Shown here piece by piece: positions 54,405 to 64,000 of a stretch of 64,000 bases of DNA. A program made the position numbers and the translations under genes. The number at the start of each line of letters is the position of its first letter. Within the stretch, counting starts at the first letter, position 1. This stretch comes from Octopus sinensis (lineage: Eukaryota), in assembly GCF_006345805.1 (NCBI RefSeq), contig NC_043004.1, positions 59,582,001-59,646,000 on the forward strand, in the 5' to 3' direction. A model generated the notes under the pieces. It was not told the origin of the DNA and did not search any database. It saw only the letters and a program-made list of their open reading frames with translations.

Positions 54405-54600
54405 AGACACAAGACATGAATTTCGTGGGAAGGGGGTTAGTCGATTACATCGACCCCACACATGAGTGGTACATAGTTTATCGTCCTCAAAAGGATGAAA
54501 GGCTAAATCGACGCTAGCGCTATTTGAACCCAGAAGATAAAGTCAGAAGAAGTGCCGCAAAATATTCTTCCCGGTGTGCTGGACATTCTACCAGCTCGCA
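54405..54600 (-). mobile_element. SINE family B, diverged
   Basis: GTCGATTACATCGACCCCA...AAAGGATGAAAGGC. Confidence 0.75.
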
Positions 54601-55135
54601 ATCTATTTATTTGTAATAATGGAACATCATAATATTTATTCGTACTTTCTAACATGCATAAAATCTAGCATTTTTAGTGCGGCAGTCACCAGCAGAAATT
54701 ATCGACTACATCGTGTTTATACCAACATGATTTAACCATCAATTCACTTAAAAATAATTACTTTCCACTCCTCTGCATTGCTAAAGTAAAGGTCACAACT
54801 ATATAACAGCAGAATAATTTATATATCTAACTAGTAAATATCTAACTACTAAAATATACGGTATTCATTAAGGCATCTCAATACGAATGTAAGCAACTGA
54901 TACTGAAATCAATGCAGAACTATTTGAGGTGTTTTAATTTTCCTCTTTACAGAATAGGCCATCTTGTATAATCTGAACAGGCAGCATGAAAAACTTAAAT
55001 CTAACAAATTTATAAATATTTTGTCCTATTTGATGGTGCATACGTCAGCATGTCAGTAAGTACCGCGAAGGTTAGGTTTCGCTGATGAGGCGAAGAAACG
55101 CGCTCTGAATTGTTTCTCCTATGTGCACAGAATAT

Positions 55136-55776
55136 TATCAATATATCATTAATGAATACGATGAGTAAATAAGATATTTAGGACACCGGACAAAATGCTT
55201 AATGGCATTTAGCCCGTCTTTGCATTGTGGAATTTCGTCCGTCTTTGAGTACAAATTCTTCCGAGTTTCACTTTGCCTTTCATCATTTCGGGGTTGATAA
55301 AATAAGTACCAGTTGATCGCTGGGATCGATGTAATCGACAGAGTATCTCCAATGAAAATGCTGGCCTTCTGCTGAAATTTGAAACCAATATATTATCAAT
55401 GTATAAAAAGGTGTCATGCCGGCAAAACCGTTAGCGCACTGTACAAAGTAATAATCGCCATTTTGTCCGTCACTTCGTTCTGAAGTCAAATCCCGCTGAA
55501 TTCGACTTTGTCTGACATCTTTACTCGACTTCTACACTCCTCTCAAATTGCTGGTCTTGTGCTGAAATTTGAAACCAATATATTATCAATGAATACAAAG
55601 GTGGCTTGCCGGCAAAACCGTTAGCACGCTGTACAAGTTAATAAGCGGCATTTCGTCCGTCACTTCGTTCCCAATTCACATTCCGCTGAATTCGACTTTG
55701 CCTTTCATCCTTACTCTACATCTCCAAATTGCTGGACTTGTGTTAAAATTTGAAAGCAATATTTTATCAATGAATA
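55136..55776 (+). repeat. Tandem array of ~3 SINE-B-derived monomers (~180-190-bp period)
   Basis: AAATTTGAAA.CAATAT.TTATCAATG recurs at ~55375, 55565, 55746; GCCGGCAAAACCGTTAGC occurs twice. Confidence 0.75.
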
Positions 55777-56663
55777 GTATTGTATTGTATTTACGGTACA
55801 CGTTTTACCCACCGCCACATGGTGTCCTTTTTCTTTATGATGTTAAAAGCATCGTAAAGAAATTTATTTTACATAACTAGAATATAGAATATTTATACAT
55901 TATCGCCATGCTACTTTATAGTAAATAGTATCCCAGTTATGTATGGCAGACTTAATCCTTCTCTCATTTCGACTCCATGAGACATATTAATTGACTTCAT
56001 GGGAGCCCAATTTGTTGCAAGTATACCAGGCAGATCTTTGGTTTGATGATCTGTGCTCCCTTACTCGTAGAAGGGTCGAAGACCCAGTAAAGTTTTCACT
56101 GTCCTCGCTTAAAAATGAAACAGCGATAGATCTATTGACGGCTTAGAAAAATAAGTGTCAATATTTACAAGAATGAAAAGCACACAACTTAGTCTCGTGA
56201 TGCAAAAATTTGCTTCCTTAAACCTCCTAGGTATTTGTAAACATCAACTATTTTAAAACTACTGTCAAAACGTAATAGAATCTAATACCAACGTAGGTCA
56301 AACCCGTATTGAGTGTAACCTCATTTATTAGACATTGAAATAATGAGATCGTTCAATAGATAAGCTATAGATCTGTCTGCATCGTCTAAAGTTTAATGGA
56401 TGCAATAAATGTCAATCAAATTGTTTATGAGATTAGAATGTTGGGGAAACGAGCCGACCTCAGGGCGACGAGTTCAAAAATCACGTCTGAATAGATCAAT
56501 ATTATATTCCAACTTCAAATTTTTAAGTTCGAGGATAGTGAAAGCTGCACAGCTACAGACCTAAAATTGTACGTAATCGCATTTGCAATATCATAGACAT
56601 ACACCTAAACACATACATACATACATGTATATATACACACACTGTACATACAAACGCAAATCG

Positions 56664-56715
<52 letters not shown>

Positions 56716-56736
56716 GAAATGGAAAATACACACACT

Positions 56737-57310
56737 TTACATATAGAAAAATGTGCAAATACATCAAACCAAATTTCATAGTCTTCCCCTTCTACCAGTA
56801 CAAAGACTCAATCTCTCCACAAAAACGTTCAAATAAAGAAACTTTTTACATCGAAAAATACTGAACACGTCTTAATATGCACGCATAACCAACGCTTATC
56901 TTTTTACATATTTCCTCACTGTACATAAATCCCCTCAATAAACAAGTTTTTGAAACTTTTTCGTGTATATATATATATATATATTTTCCCCTCCCCTTAC
57001 CGAAAGCTGAACAGTTATCTTCTTTGCCCACAACAATAACAATAATAACAATAACCAATACATCCCCTTATTTTTCAACTTGTGATGTCATTCACTCGTA
57101 AATATCATCACACACAACATGGTCAAAACTTTCTTCATAAGAAAATACATATTCATATAAGGAAACCTTAATATCATGAAACGCGAAAGCGAAACCGGTT
57201 GATATATTAAAAATTATATTAGAACTATGTAAAGTGGGTGTATTTTCCTTTTTTATTTATTATAAATATCACAACTCACCTCATTGTAATTCCTCTTTTT
57301 CTGTTACTAA
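56737..57310 (+). mobile_element. Penelope-like element 3' remnant (GIY-YIG C-terminal region plus terminal repeat)
   Basis: HIEKCA../KPNFIVFPFYQYKDSISPQKRSNKETFYIEKY*TRLN resembles PLE endonuclease C-termini; hammerhead-like motif at 57171-57205. Confidence 0.6.
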
Positions 57311-57647
57311 TATATATATATATATAATATATATATATATATATAATTTATAGCGTAAAAGATACGCATATGTATGTTTAAACGAGCATATTAATAGGAG
57401 ATAGTATCAAAAAGTTGCGCATTATTTATTTATTGCGATTTTACATGTATTTTCTTTTTCAAAACCATGTATGGCTTAGTAAGATAAGTGCATTCGGGAG
57501 GATGGCCACTTGCAGGTGATGAAGAGAATTTCTAGCAACATTGAGTGTTCTAGTTTGTGTGAGTGTGTTTGTGTGCGTGCGTGTGTATTTGTGTATCCGT
57601 GTATGGATATCTCTACCTCTTTATGCGTACATATGTATATATATATG

Positions 57648-57729
<82 letters not shown>

Positions 57730-57752
57730 ATACGCGCAGAGAGAGAAGAGAA

Positions 57753-58515
57753 CGATGGTATCAAAATATTACCGGAATAGTTACGTTAAAATGTTAAATA
57801 AAAATAGCCTATTTACCCAAGTTTTAGTATAATCTCCTTCGAAGTAGTCATCTTACGTGGCAATTCACCGGTCCCACCGTTCCCGCCACTTTTGTAATCT
57901 GGCCTCGAAATCGTTTAACCTAAGCCATTCGAGGTTCTTCTGCGATTCACTCTTGATCTCGAAAGAGGTGTTAAGACGGTGACCTTCGAACTGCTTTTTC
58001 CGCTTGGGGAAGAGATGGAAGTACGCAGGTATTAAATCTGTTGAATAGGGTTGGTGCAGAAGCAATACCCTCTTGTTTTTGGCGAGAAGCTCGGTGACAG
58101 CATGCATTGTCGTCGGGAAGAAACCAGCACTTCGCGCTCCAAAGTACCGATCGATGTCGCGAATTTTCTTCTCTCAAACGCTTCAAACATTCTTGATTGA
58201 CGTCCGACATTCTCATGCACATGCTCATGAATTTTCCCCACACGTCTGGGGTTGGTATTCGTGACAGTTCTTCCAGACCATTCATCCTCTTCTAGGTATG
58301 TTTTTTTCCGCTTTTGAAGCGCATGTGCCTCTCAAACTATTGCATACAACCCATTACTTCTTGCTTAATCATTCTCAATGTCTTTGTAGCAGACTTCCCA
58401 AGTTTAACGCAAAATTCCACGTTGGCTCCTTGTTCAAACTACCTGTCCATGAAAAATTGGCTGAGTAGACCTGAGCACAAAAACACAAATTTCACAACTT
58501 GCGGAGTAATTACTT
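57753..58515 (-). mobile_element. Internally deleted mariner remnant
   Basis: EQGANVEFCVKLGKSATKTL (HTH); WFLPDDNA; HQPYSTDLIPAYFHLFPK (YSPDLAPxD-like); LQKWRERWDR. Confidence 0.88.
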
Positions 58516-58610
58516 AAGTAAGTAAATATGTATGTATGTGTATGTATGCATGTATTTATGTATATACGTGTGCTTGTATGTGTATTTATGTATGTATTCA
58601 TGTCTGTATA

Positions 58611-59007
58611 TACTCTTTACCCTTTTTACTCTTTTACTTGTTTCAGTCATTTGACTGCGGCCATGCTGGAGCACCACCTTTAATCGAGCAACTCGACCCC
58701 GGGAATTATTCTTTTGTAAGCCCAGTACTTATTCTATCGGTCTCTTTTGCCGAACCGCTAAGTAACAGGGACATAAACACACCAGCATCGGTTGTCAAGC
58801 AATGCTAGGAGGACAAACACACACATATATATATACATATATACGACAGGCTTCTTTCAGTTTCCGTCTACCAAATCCACTCACAAGGCATTGGTCGGCC
58901 CGGGGCTATAGCAGAAGACACTTGCCCAAGATGCCACGCAGTGGGACTGAACCCGGAACCATGTGGTTGGTTAGCAAGCTACTTACCACACAGCCACTCC
59001 TGCGCCT
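58611..59007 (-). mobile_element. SINE family A, full length
   Basis: Reverse complement of the family A sequence. Confidence 0.9.
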
Positions 59008-59253
59008 TGTTCGTATGTACGTATGTATGCATATGTGTATGTATGAGTGTGCGCATGTATGTATTTATGTATATATGTGTGTATGCATGCATATATGTAT
59101 GCTTATATATATCTGCGTGTGTTTGTATGCATGTATGCATTAGTGTATATATGTACGTATGTATGCATATGTGTATGTATGCATGTATTTCCCAATCATA
59201 ATTTTAAACATTATAGCTTCTGAATATACAGTACTTTCGAAATCATTGTTTTA

Positions 59254-59663
59254 TCTCTTTACTCTTTTACTTGTTTCAGTCATTTGATTGCGGCCATGCT
59301 GGAGCTCCGCCTTTAGTCGAGGAAATCGACCCCGGGACTTATTCTTTTTGTAAGCCCAGTATTTATTCTATCGGTCTCTTTTGCCGAACCGCTAAGTGAC
59401 GGGGACGTAAGCACACCAGCATCGGTTGTCAAGCAATGCTAAGGGGACAAACACACACACACAAACACACACACACACACATATATATATATACATATAT
59501 ATGACGGGCTTCTTTCAGTTTCCGTCTACCAAATTCACTCACAAGGCATTGGTCGGCCCGGGGCTATAGCAGAAGATACTTGCCCAAGATGCCACGCAGT
59601 GGGACTGAACCCGGAACCATGTGGTTGGTTAGCAAGCTACTTACCACACAGCCACTCCTGCGT
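59254..59663 (-). mobile_element. SINE family A, full length
   Basis: Reverse complement of family A; shares GGCATTGGTCGGCCCGGGGCTATAGCAG with the 58611 copy. Confidence 0.9.
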
Positions 59664-60525
59664 CAATAGTAAGAAGAAGAAAACTGTGTGATATATTGTA
59701 AGATATTGTTCTGAATATCGGTACCAAGGATGATATATGAGACAGAAATATATTTATAGACACCGATTTAAAGGATGATATATGAAACGTAGGAATATAT
59801 TCTCACGTTTTCAATCCCAATACACTGCAGGACAGAGTTGGCTGCAAGTTTACAGCTATGGTGGGCGTGGTAATCTATATTCCTCGCTTATACGAAAGGA
59901 AGTCCTTCACTTGGCTTCTAAGCAAACAGCATTAGCTGGTTTCCCTGGTGAACTGGTATAGGTGTCTAATAAATATGGGATATGAGAAACTGCGAATAGA
60001 AAATGTAAAAGAATCACCCTATCGCATGTTTCTAGCTCACATTTTCTAACTGGATTTTAATACAGATGTGAAAGTAATGGTATTTCCATGTCAGGCTTTT
60101 CACTCTGTTCAGGAGTTTATGTACAACTTAACTGAAGAAACGAAAATGAAAGTATTTTAGTTCAAGTATGATAAATTAAGATGTAAATGATATGTATACA
60201 AAAGCAACCTGAAGCATTTCATTTTTGAGGATTCGATGTTGTCACATGTGTGGAAAATGTACGAAGTATCCTATTACGAAACCAAACGTAATAGATGCCT
60301 GAAAATCTTCATTGCAAACTTTCCACACCCCAAGTGACTGCTATAAGTGACGAAAAGCATGGCTAGTGAAAGTGATCATAGAATATTATATGACAATATA
60401 CATACTTTGTTTCTAAAGTTAATTCGTTAATTACTTTAAAATATCAGATCTTACTACAATCAGTTTTTGCTTAGTGGAACAGCAAATGTAAATTTGCATT
60501 AACATAGAAATCGGACTAAATTTCA

Positions 60526-60705
60526 GTTGGCAGAATCATTAGCATGCCGGGTTAAATGCTTAGCGACATTTCGTCTGTCTCTACGTTCTGAGTTCAAATT
60601 CTACTGAAGTCAATTTAACCTTTCGGGATTGATAAAATAAGTATCATTTGAACACTGATCTAATCGACTTATCCACCTTCCTCGATCTTGCTGGTCTTGT
60701 GCCAC
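60526..60705 (+). mobile_element. SINE family B, diverged
   Basis: TTGGCAGAATCATTAGC...TACGTTCTGAGTTCAAATT. Confidence 0.75.
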
Positions 60706-61338
60706 TTATCCCATAGCTGTTACTACGAAAAGGGAAATTTTATCTCAACATTAAACTGATAAGTGCCAAAATCTCTATGCCGTTTTGGTAAATCATTAAG
60801 CCAGCGCATGATGTCTTCCGCAACAGTTTATTTGATATTAGAAAAGGACAAAGAAGTGGTCACTCTTTTATGTTTTGTTTCTAGTTATTGAAATGAAACT
60901 GCTTCCTCTAAAATGTTTCTTTATTGCTCAAATTCTATAGAACTGTTCCATCAATCATCGGTTTTGATGACGTTTACTTGAATCAGATCCTTGTAACATT
61001 TGTAAGAGATAGAACGATTTTAATACTTAGGGTCAAACCTGAGGTGTCACATTATTCAAACTTATATTACACTACTGTGATAATTAGGCATTGTTTTCAT
61101 CACAGATTAAAATCTGCATTAGGTGTTTTGGGAATTATTTTCAATGACGTTAGGTTAATTATATCCTATTTACAGACGCTGTTTTCTAAATATAAAAAAA
61201 TAAACATGTCTGAATGTGTGTTTAAACAACAATAAAATTATGCAAAATATACCCTATTTGGGGGAGTTGGTGAGCAGTTAGCTTTTTTCAAACAATTACA
61301 GTAGTGTAGGGAAATCCCCGAAGCACTGTATTATCATA

Positions 61339-61733
61339 TCTTTATATATAAAAGAGAAGTTGTGTGTCTGTCTCCTACGATTTAGATTCCTAACTACTCC
61401 CACATTTTGCGGTGCAGTTTAACCAAAACCGGGTATCTTATAGTCGTGATTCATATCGAACCCTTCTGGGTATTAGCGCGCGTCTACGATGAGTCTACGA
61501 TTTAAAAAAAAATTTACCATCATTTTTTCCATTCTAATGCATTTTTTTCGCTATTATAAGGGAAGTAACTCTCTAAAAATGTCTACGATGAGTCAACGAT
61601 TTAAAAAAAAATTTACCATCATTTGTTTTCCCTTTTTAATGCATTTTTTGCTATTTTTTGGCTATAACTCTCTAAAAATGCTTATATAGTTATTTCGCTT
61701 ACAAACCCGAGCAACGCCGTGCGATACTGCTAG
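61339..61733 (+). mobile_element. Non-autonomous Helitron
   Basis: A|TCTTTATATATAAAAG...CCCGAGCAACGCCGTGCG..CTGCTAG|T: 5'-TC, subterminal hairpin, 3'-CTAG, A/T target, no TSD. Confidence 0.85.
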
Positions 61734-64000
61734 TTAAAGATAAAACAGTAGAATAGAAAGATTAAAACAGATGTGGGAGAAGCAGAAGAATCTCTTCAGA
61801 ACCGTTTCTGATGCCCTTATCCCTAATGTATGACTCATTGCATTAATTTGGTTTACTTTGAGGTTGTTTTCGGTAAATTAATTACAACAGCTATTTATGT
61901 ATAAAATATGATCCACTGGATGACCAACTTGGAAGAAAAGCTCGAGAAGACCAAAGGTGAGATAAAAAATATGGTGGAAAAATTAATTTGAAAAGTAACA
62001 ACAAAAAGATCACTTTTAATTATCTACAACTTCTTACTATTTTAACAAACAATAGCCAGCTCTCTGTGTTTTCTACATAATTTAAAGGATCTCTGCTTTC
62101 TTAAACTATTAAAAACACAGCTGAAGGAGATAGATTTCATTGCTATTCCTATTAACCGATGTAATACTATCTCTAATGCCCGAGTGCAATAAAATGCATT
62201 CACACATTATGCGAAGAATCATGAACACTGCATCTGAAATTTTCGGAAGTTACTGAATTGCTGACGACTTATTCTTATACGTTCTATTAAGTGTCAGGTG
62301 GGGTTCAGCGCATGAAATCAATATCAACAACACAAGCTGTAGAATTTTCATAAACCAGGTATGTTTATTTAATTATACTGACAGACTTCCATTTCTGTGC
62401 TATTGAAAGCCGTATGTTACATCGTGTCTGCGGTACAACACGTCAGCAGATCCTACAAGTTCAATAGTTGCTTGAGAATACCGAACGCAAATTACGTCTA
62501 ATTGTGGAAAAAATTATACCGCTTTTCACTGACAGTATTTGATAAGAAGATAATTAATTTTATATTGGTTGAATACATGATTATTTTTTCTGCACTTGCT
62601 TGATATTTTATATTTACTATAATTAGTGAGTGCAAGCTGCAATCTTCAGTCACAATATTACATATATTTTGTTTCATTCTACTATTTATGTACTGAAGTG
62701 TAGTGATAATCACGTTAGTTTCTTAGCTATCATAAAATTTTGAACTTATTCTCGCTTTCTCTCTCTCTCTCTTCATCTCTCTCTTTCTCTCTCTCTCCCT
62801 CTCCGCCTCCCCATTCCTCCTTCCATCACATATGCTCACACACACACACAGACGTATACACGCGTATAAAGATCAAGACTCAAGAAATGAGGTGTAAGTG
62901 AAATATATTCACCAGCTAATGATATCCACAATGCCATAAACGAAATGATGTCCAACTCAACTGTACAATATATGTTTACAAATATGCTGTTCAACCATAT
63001 TACTCAATTGATACTGATAGCTAGAGAGAGACATTGAATTCGTATGTCTGAGAGCGGTCATTGCTGTTAATTGCTTATAAATTTGCTTTACAGCAGGTCA
63101 CATGATTACATACAGGTCATATACATATGCGTACACACATATGGGCCAAAATACAGGTATACACATCTGCCTGCCTCATATGTACGCATGTATATATGTA
63201 GATATACACACGTGTATATATATATATATATATATACATCCCGACTACTATTATTATTACTGCTGCTTATTCGACTGCTCCAGCCATTTCTTTTCAAAAC
63301 AGTCTTGACCAGATTACTTACTTAACCGTCACAGGCAGTGTCACTACTAATGCCATGAAAATTAAAGGAAATTACCACTTGCGCTTGCAAGATGAAGAAA
63401 AATACACTATGGACTATTATTTTAATAATAGGTCCCATATTTTAGGTCCCATGTACGGAGGGACAATTGTATTATATGCAGGATGAACGCACAATTTAAC
63501 TGTAAGTTTAGGAATATAGTCTATAGCTTACGAGGTACTGAGGGACGGTGCAGAGGCATGATAACTGCTTACATTGGGGAGATATCACGCAGCATAGAAG
63601 AATGTATAGGTGAAAAACTGGTGAGAACTCAAAGTTCAAAGAAGTGAAAGGCTTGTCAGTGCTCTACCAACAAGCTCAAGCAGAACATAAAGGCTCATTC
63701 GATAACATATGTAAAAGTATTATAAAAGCATAGAACTGACACGACACTTAGAAATATCACTGACGCTATACCCGTAGCAATATACAGACCGAGACTCTAT
63801 CGAATAGAACAATAACACTCACCACCACCAACACGTTACACAACATAACGACTAAGGACTACTGGATGAAGGCAGAAAAAGAAAACAAAATAATCAGACG
63901 CAAACAGCGTATATAAACATATATAAACATACCTATAATAAATATTAAAAACTTAGACACATTCAATAAAAAAAAACTGTATAAAGGACAAGGATACCGA

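Overview
AT-rich, repeat-dominated eukaryotic (metazoan) genomic DNA with one 100-N scaffold gap (19848-19947). The dense TA/TATG/TATC/TG/TAA microsatellites and three abundant tRNA-headed SINE families look like a coleoid cephalopod (Octopus-like) genome; this is inference from memory of such repeats. I can support no intact host gene, and nearly all listed ORFs are microsatellite read-throughs. Recognisable content: many SINE copies (called A, B, C here), decayed mariner, Tc1 and piggyBac transposons, a Tc1/mariner MITE, two non-autonomous Helitrons, two R4/Dong-like LINE 3' fragments ending in (TAA)n, and Penelope-like remnants. The most interesting signal is a ~358-bp repeat monomer at two loci (7.95-8.84 kb and 29.9-30.97 kb). 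It carries a type-I hammerhead-ribozyme fold in three copies, with compensatory/wobble changes and a palindromic stem III, i.e. a candidate retrozyme-like (circRNA-forming) element. Minimal hammerhead-like motifs also occur in the Penelope-like repeats. All calls were made by eye; most boundaries are approximate.
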